Origin: a virus
DNA length: 64,000 nt
Virus record (IMG/VR): IMGVR_UViG_3300020530_000006
Direction: 5' to 3' (one strand)
The notes under the pieces were generated by a model, which was not told where the DNA came from, ran no database searches, and worked only from the letters and a program-made list of their open reading frames with translations. Below, one piece after another: positions 32,280 through 40,778 of this stretch. How positions within the stretch are numbered: the stretch's first letter is position 1; each line of letters opens with the position of its first letter. A program made the position numbers and the translations under genes.

Positions 32280-33173
32280 TCAGCCGGCAATATCTAATTC
32301 GTTATATGTTGAATAACTATATGTAATTGTAGCATTACCACCACCAGTATCGCCACCGGTTTGATTGATACTAGATAGTAGATTCTTACTACCAAGATTG
32401 AATGTGTATGCTGTTCCACTGCTTAATGTATCACAAACCTTTACAACAATAGATTGTTCATTGACTGGCGAGCCACTGCAGCCTATCGCGGTGAGATCAA
32501 GAGCAACACCATCAACACCAGTAGCACTAACTTCGAATTCGCATGTTACTTCTAGTGGGAAATTAACAAAGCGATGGAATGGGCCATATTGACCAAGCTT
32601 GTACATGCTTTCTCTTCCAAGATCAGCATTAATAGTGATACTAGTAATATTTTTACCAGCCACTTCTGATGGTAAAGTTGAACCAGCTATATCAAGATTC
32701 TGTCTGCGCATAACAGTTGTACCACTTGTAGTTGGAGCACTAACACCTGTTGCTGCGATTGTTTTAGCATTGCCTACAAATGTTACGTCTTCTGTAAAAT
32801 TTCCATCAACAGGAAAAGTATATGTTAAACTAGAAATAAACATTTCATTACAGATGACACTGGCAGAAGTAGTTAGTGTAGCATTTGTATCCTCTCCAAT
32901 ACCAACAACAACTTGTGTTGACTTGTTAGCATTTGCTATGAGTGTGCCGCCGCCAGTGGTCAAATTCCAAATTGTGCTTTCGCTATCAAGAACCTTACTA
33001 ACTGTAACTTCTACTTCTGGATCAACCACGATATTATCATATAGGGCAACTTGACCTAATTGAAAAGCTTGCTCTAGATTAAATGTTGTTGAGATACCAA
33101 CACTTTGAGCGCCTTGTACTGTTGTACCGCCTACCCTTACGCCTTGACTAGCATAAAAAACACGATTTGGCAT
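32280..33173 (-). CDS. Major tail tube protein
   Basis: Beta-rich, Thr/Gly-rich, after neck genes, own GGAG RBS and GTGTAT motif upstream. Confidence 0.75.
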   Translation of the reverse strand: MPNRVFYASQGVRVGGTTVQGAQSVGISTTFNLEQAFQLGQVALYDNIVVDPEVEVTVSKVLDSESTIWNLTTGGGTLIANANKSTQVVVGIGEDTNATLTTSASVICNEMFISSLTYTFPVDGNFTEDVTFVGNAKTIAATGVSAPTTSGTTVMRRQNLDIAGSTLPSEVAGKNITSITINADLGRESMYKLGQYGPFHRFVNFPLEVTCEFEVSATGVDGVALDLTAIGCSGSPVNEQSIVVKVCDTLSSGTAYTFNLGSKNLLSSINQTGGDTGGGNATITYSYSTYNELDIAG

Positions 33174-33219
33174 ATTATTTCTCCACTATATACGAGAGTT
33201 TTGTATTGGACATATTTAT

Positions 33220-33226
33220 TATACAC
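33220..33226 (-). promoter_or_regulatory. Putative late promoter GTGTATA (tail tube)
   Basis: Motif recurs 35-55 nt upstream of five late gene starts. Confidence 0.6.
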
Positions 33227-33232
33227 ACATTT

Positions 33233-34198
33233 TCAGAAAGAAGTAAAAATTATTTCGTTAGATAGCCTTATTACAGACCCGTACATTCTAATATTGGTGA
33301 AGTTAATTTCTGATATATTTACATCTGTAATTTGACATCTAATCCATCTATAGTTTGGATTGTTCACAATTGTATAGTAATTTTGACCATTTATATTTTT
33401 GCTACCATTATAGTTTAATGGATAAATACCACTATTAATAATTTCTTTAGTATTATATAGCCAAATTACTCTATCTTCTTGAAGTCTAATAACATCAATA
33501 ATATTATTTTTTTGATTCGGAGTATCCGATAAAACATGAAGCAGCATATCCTGTTCTATTATTAGTGACTTATCTCCGAGTCTATATGGCTTGCTATTGG
33601 ATCTGGCTATCGTTTCTATAATTATTGCTGGTAGTTGTATTCTGTGTTCACTATTGATAGCAAAATCGCCCTTATCACTAAGAGATAGTCCGGTCTTATT
33701 TTCTAAAGATCTATATTGTATTTCTCTCCAGTATGGAAATTCTTCCATTTTATAGATTTGAATATTTTTATAAGAATATGATACTTGCACATTACTATTG
33801 GAAGCTACGGGCTTGTTAAAAACCACACATCCTTCTGGATAATTAATAGAGTATCCTAAAGTAGCATTTCCTGTTGGTCCAGGATAAAATACAGAATTTA
33901 CATAAACACCGCTGACGTTAATAGGAGCAGCTGTAGAATAGTTTACTCCGGATTCGTGTACCCAATCTTTTCGTGCTGCCTGCCAAACTGTTCGATCAGA
34001 TTTGTTTGGATTATTTGTTGGTTTGAGTATATGTAAATCAAATCCAGCTATATTTTGTGTTGGTATATGCACATTCGTAAACGCACCAATATTTAAAAAT
34101 CCCCAGTCTAAAAAAGACTTGTAGTTATTTTCAAGTTCGTTAATAATTAATGGTGTGCCAATATTATCAACACCCATGAATGATGGATCGTATGTCAT
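33233..34198 (-). CDS. Tail terminator / completion-like protein
   Basis: Directly before the tail tube; QLPAIIIE motif. Confidence 0.5.
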   Translation of the reverse strand: MTYDPSFMGVDNIGTPLIINELENNYKSFLDWGFLNIGAFTNVHIPTQNIAGFDLHILKPTNNPNKSDRTVWQAARKDWVHESGVNYSTAAPINVSGVYVNSVFYPGPTGNATLGYSINYPEGCVVFNKPVASNSNVQVSYSYKNIQIYKMEEFPYWREIQYRSLENKTGLSLSDKGDFAINSEHRIQLPAIIIETIARSNSKPYRLGDKSLIIEQDMLLHVLSDTPNQKNNIIDVIRLQEDRVIWLYNTKEIINSGIYPLNYNGSKNINGQNYYTIVNNPNYRWIRCQITDVNISEINFTNIRMYGSVIRLSNEIIFTSF

Positions 34199-34199
34199 G

Positions 34200-34844
34200 T
34201 TATATGTCCATAAGGTCTTTTAGTTTTTTTTCTATTGATGGTTGAGCAGCGTCTATGGCTCTCGTAATCCAATTATTTTTTATATTACCAGCAAATTCTG
34301 GCGGAACTCTCCATGATGCTCCAGAATAACCTTTCATTATACCTAGTCCTGTTCTAGATGAAGGATTTGGACCAGCAACGAATCCATAATCACTTATAAT
34401 AATAGTATCTCCTTCTAACAAAAGCCATTGTAGCCAATTTAATTTAGTTCCTTTTTCTGTAGTAAAAGAGGCCGAACCTAGGCTTATAAGATCTTGAAAA
34501 TCTGAACTAATCATTTGAAATCTAATTCCGGCATTAATTTTTCCATTGACTATAGATGTTGGTTTTCTTACTATGTTAGATCCTGACTTTATTGTTGAAA
34601 TTATATCTGATAATCTTGATGATGGATCAGGAATGCCGAACTCACCTTGTAGTTGACCTCCCATTAAAGAGTCATATTCTGGTTGACTAATAATACTATC
34701 AACAACAATATCTGATATTGAACTAGCCATGCTTTGATATATCTTATTTAAATATTTATTAATCTCTGGTACTAAGGCATATGATATGCGTTGAGCAATG
34801 GTGAAATCGTCCTCTAAAACTTTTACTTTAAAATTTAGAGTCAT
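34200..34844 (-). CDS. Neck/tail-completion protein
   Basis: Position; C-terminal NNWITRAI reminiscent of HK97 gp10-like proteins; likely start at MTLNFK. Confidence 0.45.
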   Translation of the reverse strand: MTLNFKVKVLEDDFTIAQRISYALVPEINKYLNKIYQSMASSISDIVVDSIISQPEYDSLMGGQLQGEFGIPDPSSRLSDIISTIKSGSNIVRKPTSIVNGKINAGIRFQMISSDFQDLISLGSASFTTEKGTKLNWLQWLLLEGDTIIISDYGFVAGPNPSSRTGLGIMKGYSGASWRVPPEFAGNIKNNWITRAIDAAQPSIEKKLKDLMDI

Positions 34845-35350
34845 ATCTTTTTCCAATATGTAAAAAAATAAGAACTGTCTCCAAAGCCACATGGCTCTGG
34901 TTCGCTATTTCTTTGATAAAAACTTTCTGTATAGTTTTGAATATTTGTATCTATTATAATTTTATTGCAATTTTTAATTTTTGGATAGTCTTCTAGTTTG
35001 CTAATAGTTTGTACTAAACCATCTGGACTATGTATTTTGCTATTAAAATTTATCCAGTACTTATAATCAAATATAACTAATAAATCTAGAGTATCAGAAT
35101 TTTCACTATATGATCCACCAATACCTCTACAGTAGGGACATATTTGTCCATCCGCAAAAGTTATTGGCCCACCAGTTTTATACATATTACTTGATTTGTG
35201 TGAAATAGGATCTATATCACAATTTATACATTCTAAAAATGATGAGCCTTCATAGATCAATTTACATGGTAAAGACAAAGAGCCAGATCTTAGCAACTCA
35301 TCTATGAAAGATTTGTATAAATTTTTTAACTCAGTAGTTATTATATTCAT
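34841..35350 (-). CDS. Head-closure-like protein with Zn-finger insert
   Basis: Position; CINC...CPYCRG; C-terminal PEPCGFG..YFFTYW. Confidence 0.5.
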   Translation of the reverse strand: MNIITTELKNLYKSFIDELLRSGSLSLPCKLIYEGSSFLECINCDIDPISHKSSNMYKTGGPITFADGQICPYCRGIGGSYSENSDTLDLLVIFDYKYWINFNSKIHSPDGLVQTISKLEDYPKIKNCNKIIIDTNIQNYTESFYQRNSEPEPCGFGDSSYFFTYWKKI

Positions 35351-35356
35351 AATATT

Positions 35357-35752
35357 TTATATAAAAGTAATTAGTCCTTTAACTATTTTGCTATTTTCTG
35401 ATGTTGGGCTAATTAGCTCCACTTCATAAACAGCAAAAGTTTGATCGAATCTTCTTGTAAAACTTTCTGGAACAAACATATATATAGAACTTGCTTGATT
35501 GTTTATTTCTAATAATTGATTCGCAGATGACATATTTAATAAAGATTCTGTGGAAGTATAAGATAGCTTTATGGTTCCTCTTAGTGAATATCCACTTAGA
35601 TTAACAGAATTATTGTCTTTTGATAAAAGAAATGTAATTCTATATCCGCTTCCTTTATCTAGCGTTAAATTTCTTGTTGCGCATAGAAAACACGCATCGT
35701 TTTCGCCAGGATTCTCTAAAGTATCAAAAAGAGTAACGCAGAAAGAGGCCAT
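35357..35752 (-). CDS. Small Ig-like structural protein (paralogue of 49166-49570)
   Basis: LTLDKGS, VNLSGY, YEVEL...KIVKGLITF pattern. Confidence 0.55.
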   Translation of the reverse strand: MASFCVTLFDTLENPGENDACFLCATRNLTLDKGSGYRITFLLSKDNNSVNLSGYSLRGTIKLSYTSTESLLNMSSANQLLEINNQASSIYMFVPESFTRRFDQTFAVYEVELISPTSENSKIVKGLITFI

Positions 35753-35780
35753 TTTATTCTCCTTATGTGGTATAGTGTAT

Positions 35781-35787
35781 TATACAC
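35781..35787 (-). promoter_or_regulatory. Putative late promoter GTGTATA
   Basis: Intergenic, upstream of the start at 35752. Confidence 0.6.
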
Positions 35788-35812
35788 CATATGGCATAAT
35801 TGAACAAAATGA

Positions 35813-37060
35813 CTAATTATTTAGAAAAAACCGATCTATCTGATTACAGTCGTTGCTTATGATATTTTTTTGAATATTTTCTATAGTTTTCTTATCTATT
35901 ATATCTGGATGAACCCACCAATCCTCAAATGGGCTAATATCTGTTGGAGCAATATTAGGAATTAAAAGTTTATATCCTAATGACTCTAGATATTCTCTAG
36001 ATTTAGTTCTATATGATCTTGTAATATCTACATAATAATCATGTTCATATGTTATGAATCCAAATTTATATTTATCAAACGGTATTGATATTAAAGCTTC
36101 ATATGTTTTATCAGAAGGTTCTATATCTAATTGTAGATAATCTATAGTAGATATATTTGAAAAATATTTTTGTAATAATTTATTATAATCAATAATTAAA
36201 GCATCGATGCATAATACTGGATTTTTTCTATGTTGTCTATAATTATTAACTAAATCTTGATCATATTCAATACCTATTCCATGCCATCCAAATTTCTGTT
36301 CGATTAGCGCAGTATTGCTATTTTTAAATGGTTCTGATGTTCCAATCTCTAAATATGTACCATTATATTTTCCATTAAATAAATGTAATAGCATCATATC
36401 TTGATATGTTTGAGAATAATTTCTCTCTACGTGTTCAATTCCAGAGAAAGAAAATTTTAACCTCTCTCTAAATTTAGAATAATATGTTCTAATACATATG
36501 TGACACGGTCCAGATCCTAGCCAAAATACATTGTTACCAATAACAGACTTATGTTCTTCGGATAGTTGATCAAAATAATTGTTTAATAAGATTTGATAAA
36601 TCTGTCTAGCCTCTGTTGGTTTACCAACATGGTAGGCTGATATGGCTTTTTGTAGTAAAAAAATATATTTCCCAGGGTAGTTCGATTGGGTGATCAATTT
36701 TGATGATTGACCACAAATATCAAAAGCTATACAAGCATTCGTATACATATCAATCCAATTATTTTTTTTCTCATAATATTGACCAAGAAAAAAATATGCT
36801 TCAGGTTTCTTAGGATCAATCGTTATAGCTTGCTTTAGTAGAGTTTCGCAAGTAATATCTCTGCCTCCTAATCTATCATAGCATAGATACATCCTTATTA
36901 TAGATTCATATCTTAGATTTATATCATTCGTTACTTCTGCACACCTTAGAAAAAAGGAAAGTGCTGGTGAATAATGATTGATTGACTCGTACCATAATGC
37001 AATATTAAAATTACATAAATCATTTTTAGGATTATTTATATAATCTATTAAATAATTCAT
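35813..37060 (-). CDS. TPR-repeat + FkbM-family methyltransferase fusion
   Basis: TPR-like N-half; YSQTYQD, YLEIG, IDYLQLDIE, ITYEHD, EDWWVHP. Confidence 0.75.
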   Translation of the reverse strand: MNYLIDYINNPKNDLCNFNIALWYESINHYSPALSFFLRCAEVTNDINLRYESIIRMYLCYDRLGGRDITCETLLKQAITIDPKKPEAYFFLGQYYEKKNNWIDMYTNACIAFDICGQSSKLITQSNYPGKYIFLLQKAISAYHVGKPTEARQIYQILLNNYFDQLSEEHKSVIGNNVFWLGSGPCHICIRTYYSKFRERLKFSFSGIEHVERNYSQTYQDMMLLHLFNGKYNGTYLEIGTSEPFKNSNTALIEQKFGWHGIGIEYDQDLVNNYRQHRKNPVLCIDALIIDYNKLLQKYFSNISTIDYLQLDIEPSDKTYEALISIPFDKYKFGFITYEHDYYVDITRSYRTKSREYLESLGYKLLIPNIAPTDISPFEDWWVHPDIIDKKTIENIQKNIISNDCNQIDRFFLNN

Positions 37061-38043
37061 AGTCCTACCATTTCATTAATTATAGATTTATTTAGAGAAA
37101 GTAAATATGCTGCGTTATCTTGAAAACCAAAAGTAATCAATATTTTTCCTTCAAATTCGGTCATACCGCAAGCAAATTCTATACCACCGTCCATAAAATC
37201 AAATCTAGGAGAAACTCTGAGAGGATTTAAATTTTGATCCCATAAAACAAACCTATGTCTATAAATTGCGTCTTTTCGACCAGCTTCGCTCGTAAATAAA
37301 TGAACTTCATGTAATATTGCGAGATAGTGGTTTTCATATGGTATAACTTGTGAGCCTCCTCTCAAATCAGAAGTATTAAAATTTTTATATTCTGACATTA
37401 TTATAGTTTTAGTAGATTGCGATGTTGGATCATACTCAACAACTTCAGTAGGATTTGTCCATTTTACATATTGATATGGTCTGTCAATTATTGGCATCCA
37501 GTTTTTTTCGCAATATGAGTTGTTCGGCTCTGGAGCTGGTAATCTTTGTCTATTAATCTCTTTTGGATTATCTTTTATATCAATTTCTGATAGTTCAATT
37601 CTACCCTGACCATTAGTAGTGGTATCCCTTCTAACTCCGCTCAAAAATAATTTATTATTCCATTTAATTAATCGACCATCTTCTAATCCTACAAATTCCC
37701 ATAATGGTTTAACATCCAGAGTTGACGTATCCACTACAGAACTATGAATTATATTAAAATTATTATCTAGCTCACATATAATGTTATGAGTGGCTAATAC
37801 TTGGTGTTGTTCGGTATGCAGATAACACAATGGTCCCCAAACGTGTTCATTTACGCCATTTTCTGAATGATAAAGAGTGTAGTTAACATTACGCAAATTA
37901 ACTAATAATTTACCATCTAAATTAATTATAGATGGATTCATTAAAGATGGCCCAACCATTTTATCGGTTGGAATTAATAGTGGATAAATATTTCCACCAT
38001 TTTGGATAGCTTTTTGTACAAAATTTCCTATATCACTAATCAT
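37057..38043 (-). CDS. Five-bladed beta-propeller glycoside hydrolase/phosphorylase-like protein (GH43/GH130-like)
   Basis: NPSI, GLEDGRL, EKNWMP, LRGGSQ, IEFACG, FGFQD. Confidence 0.65.
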   Translation of the reverse strand: MISDIGNFVQKAIQNGGNIYPLLIPTDKMVGPSLMNPSIINLDGKLLVNLRNVNYTLYHSENGVNEHVWGPLCYLHTEQHQVLATHNIICELDNNFNIIHSSVVDTSTLDVKPLWEFVGLEDGRLIKWNNKLFLSGVRRDTTTNGQGRIELSEIDIKDNPKEINRQRLPAPEPNNSYCEKNWMPIIDRPYQYVKWTNPTEVVEYDPTSQSTKTIIMSEYKNFNTSDLRGGSQVIPYENHYLAILHEVHLFTSEAGRKDAIYRHRFVLWDQNLNPLRVSPRFDFMDGGIEFACGMTEFEGKILITFGFQDNAAYLLSLNKSIINEMVGL

Positions 38044-38128
38044 AAGTTCTCCTTATATGATTATAGTAATCAAAAAAGAGAATTAGGCAAATTAGATATT
38101 TTGAGCCTATCGGTAAATTTTCTTTGTT

Positions 38129-38761
38129 TTATAGGCCGTATCTACCTTTAATAGTATTATAATTTTGTAAAACTTCAGACGATGATAGTTCTTTATTATA
38201 TAATTTTAGTGTGGATACTCTACCAGACATATAAGCTGTATCAGCTCGACCAATATAGATATTCCCAGTTGTTGTAACCTTTGATCCAAAAGTACTTACT
38301 AGATTACCATTAACATAAAATAAACTAGATGATGACTTTCTAATAATCGTGGCGATAACCCATGAATTAATAGGAACAGAACTTGTTACTGCTGTAGACG
38401 AAGATCCTGGACCCCAATATGTAACAGAAGCGAAATTGAATATGCTCCACTGCCACGTGGTAGAATTATAAGCATTAGCTCCAGCATATATAATTGGAAA
38501 ATTATTTCTATTGTTCATATAAAAAGAAACTTCCACAGACAGTGGCTCAAGAACATGCGGAACTATTGCATACTGACTTGTTCCATTAAGAGAAAAATAA
38601 TTATTAGTAAAAGTTGGACTATTATATAGTGTAGCATTATATCCTGAACTAGACATATCATTCCAATTAGCTCCGCTGCCAGAATAGCTTTTATTAGATG
38701 CGGCATCTAAGCATAGAATAAGAGAGTCTGTGACTATTTTTGGTCCGTTATTATAGCTCAT
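38129..38761 (-). CDS. LamG/concanavalin A-like lectin-fold protein
   Basis: IVTDSLILCLDA, FSLNGTSQY, FYVNG, LYNKELSSSEVLQNY. Confidence 0.8.
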   Translation of the reverse strand: MSYNNGPKIVTDSLILCLDAASNKSYSGSGANWNDMSSSGYNATLYNSPTFTNNYFSLNGTSQYAIVPHVLEPLSVEVSFYMNNRNNFPIIYAGANAYNSTTWQWSIFNFASVTYWGPGSSSTAVTSSVPINSWVIATIIRKSSSSLFYVNGNLVSTFGSKVTTTGNIYIGRADTAYMSGRVSTLKLYNKELSSSEVLQNYNTIKGRYGL

Positions 38762-38818
38762 TCAATAAAACCTTATTAGTAAAATTGTTTAATGTTTTTG
38801 ACCCATGGCTACCGCCAA

Positions 38819-39014
38819 CATTGTGTCCTATAGTTTCCTATAAGCATGGACTATATCTTCCACGTTTGTGGTGGGGGCGCTCTAGCCTGTTATTAAAACA
38901 AACCTTTTTGTTTCAGGTAGTCTCTACACCTTCACAGAGATGGCTCTGTGCTTGGCTCGGTATTGCCATCAGCATTATCTGTTAAGGTTTCACCGAATTC
39001 ACCCCCAATGGGCC
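38819..39014 (-). ncRNA. Group I intron/ribozyme catalytic core (IA-like, with P7.1), no internal ORF
   Basis: On the - strand: P3 UGGGGGUG/CGCCCCCA; P4 UUCGGU/ACCGAG; P6a CACAGAG/CUCUGUG; R element GAAGGUGUAGAGACUA; P7.1 CCUG..CAGG; P8 CCAC/GUGG; S element AAGAUAUAGUCC; P9 CUUAUAG-GAAA-CUAUAGG; P9.0 AU/AU, then a candidate terminal G at 38819. Confidence 0.85.
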
Positions 39015-39019
39015 TATTC

Positions 39020-39580
39020 TCATATGGTGCTGGGCCTCCTTTCAATATTATTGTTCTTATATACTATGACAATGTTATTTTGAGTAATTTTTCCGTATCT
39101 ATATATTTTAAAAAAATTAGGAATAGGAAGATTAGGAAAATCGCCAGGCTCTTTTTCAATAGCTATACTGTGAACACCCTCTATAAAAAAATAGCTATTG
39201 TTAGAAGGAAAGCTAAATAAAGACTTTAAAATAGATTGAGTAATAAATGTTGGTTCGCTTTCTCCTGTTACTTCTGTCGAATGAACAAGAGATCTAGAAT
39301 TAAGTTCAGAAATGTCGATCACATTATCGGGCTGTTCAAAATTTTTAACACCTTTATATGTTTTGTAGTAATTAAAATTGTCATTCATGGATATATATTG
39401 ATAAACATATCTTCTTATACAAAGATTCTTTCTACTACCTGTTGATCCAGATCCGTAAAGAATAGCTTTTCCTCCACTTTTAAGAGTTGGGGGGGTATAA
39501 AATGAATATGTTTCTCCTACCGGATCAAAATAAGGATCATTGTTGTCAAAATGTGGAGGTTGTCCGTATACATTAGTCAT
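39020..39580 (-). CDS. Hypothetical protein ending just before the group I core
   Basis: 186-aa ORF, TAATG-coupled to the upstream mini-ORF. Confidence 0.55.
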   Translation of the reverse strand: MTNVYGQPPHFDNNDPYFDPVGETYSFYTPPTLKSGGKAILYGSGSTGSRKNLCIRRYVYQYISMNDNFNYYKTYKGVKNFEQPDNVIDISELNSRSLVHSTEVTGESEPTFITQSILKSLFSFPSNNSYFFIEGVHSIAIEKEPGDFPNLPIPNFFKIYRYGKITQNNIVIVYKNNNIERRPSTI

Positions 39581-39726
39581 TATAGTCCAAACCTTCCTTT
39601 AGTAGCATTATAATTGTATAAAATTTCATTTGCTGATAATTCTTTATTATAAACTCTAGTAATAGCAATATCAATACAAAAAACTAATCCATCAGTAACT
39701 ATATCTGGTCCTCCGTATATAGACAT
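39580..39726 (-). pseudogene. 48-aa internally deleted LamG paralogue (N- and C-termini only)
   Basis: MSIYGGPDIVTDGLVFCID-IAITRVYNKELSANEILYNYNATKGRFGL matches both ends of 38129-38761; not in the ORF track. Confidence 0.8.
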
Positions 39727-39735
39727 AATATTTTC

Positions 39736-40155
39736 CTATATATATTGAGCTTCTATAAAAGCAGTATCAACCTGATTTTCTGTTAATCCTAGAGCCTGAG
39801 CTAGCGGAGCTAACATAGGATGATTTCTTTCCACATAAGGAGCATATTCCCATTCAACTTTTATAGTTTCTCGTGTTATTGGATCTTCTATACTATTTAT
39901 AGCATTTTCTACTTGAGTTAATTGAATGCCGTTATTTATTAACCATAATCTTATTTGTCGTGCGCTAACGCTTTCTGGAACCGATTGTTGATATTGCGTC
40001 CATACTCCATTATTCCAATAATAATCATTGGCTGGTTTTTCTGGTAGTAAAGCCCACTTGTTTTTTTTGGGATTGTCGTTTTCAATCCAACCAGATACAA
40101 GTTCATCACTCAGATCTTTAATTTCATAAGTGTCAACATTATAATATAAATTCAT
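39736..40155 (-). CDS. Tail-fibre-associated (assembly-type) protein
   Basis: VPESVSARQIRLWL...EWEYA...LGLTENQVDTAF pattern common next to phage fibre genes. Confidence 0.55.
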   Translation of the reverse strand: MNLYYNVDTYEIKDLSDELVSGWIENDNPKKNKWALLPEKPANDYYWNNGVWTQYQQSVPESVSARQIRLWLINNGIQLTQVENAINSIEDPITRETIKVEWEYAPYVERNHPMLAPLAQALGLTENQVDTAFIEAQYI

Positions 40156-40778
40156 GAATATATCCTATTATGAGTAGTAACTGTTGCTGCGTTATTATTT
40201 GTTAAAGTAGTATTATTATTATATTCATAAAGATTTCTTACCAAAGGAGCATAATACTCTAGTGATTGTGGCCTTATTTTTTTTGCAGAGAATCCTTTAA
40301 CTAAGCTATTAATCTCGTCAATATTGAGAGCTGCTGACCATATAGCAATGTCACTTATATAACCATCGAAACCTTCTACTGTATTTGTTCCAATTAAAAC
40401 TCTAGTTAAACTAGTTGGCGTAACATCAGTCGTATTAGTGCCACTGGAACCTCCATCTCTATAAATTGTTCGTGATGTTGAGGATGAACAAACGAAACAA
40501 ACATGGTGCCAAGTATTAATAGTGAATCCACTAGTGGTTTGGGCAATATAATTTACTGTTGTTAATAAATTACCTCTAATAGGATCTGCTACTGCTTGGC
40601 CAGCAAATAGCGTACGAAATCCTTGATTAGTAGCTGCTTGCAGCCAAGACATAATTGTCATAGCAACAGTATCATTAGTAGCATAGGCCCATGCGGAAAA
40701 AGTTACAGGATAAACAGAAATAGATGGTCCATTACCAGAAATAGATTGTGAGCTTGCTCTAACAAAATTATATGCCAT
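40152..40778 (-). CDS. LamG/concanavalin A-like protein
   Basis: TWHHVCFV, IYRDG, FDGYISDIAIWSAAL. Confidence 0.8.
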   Translation of the reverse strand: MAYNFVRASSQSISGNGPSISVYPVTFSAWAYATNDTVAMTIMSWLQAATNQGFRTLFAGQAVADPIRGNLLTTVNYIAQTTSGFTINTWHHVCFVCSSSTSRTIYRDGGSSGTNTTDVTPTSLTRVLIGTNTVEGFDGYISDIAIWSAALNIDEINSLVKGFSAKKIRPQSLEYYAPLVRNLYEYNNNTTLTNNNAATVTTHNRIYS

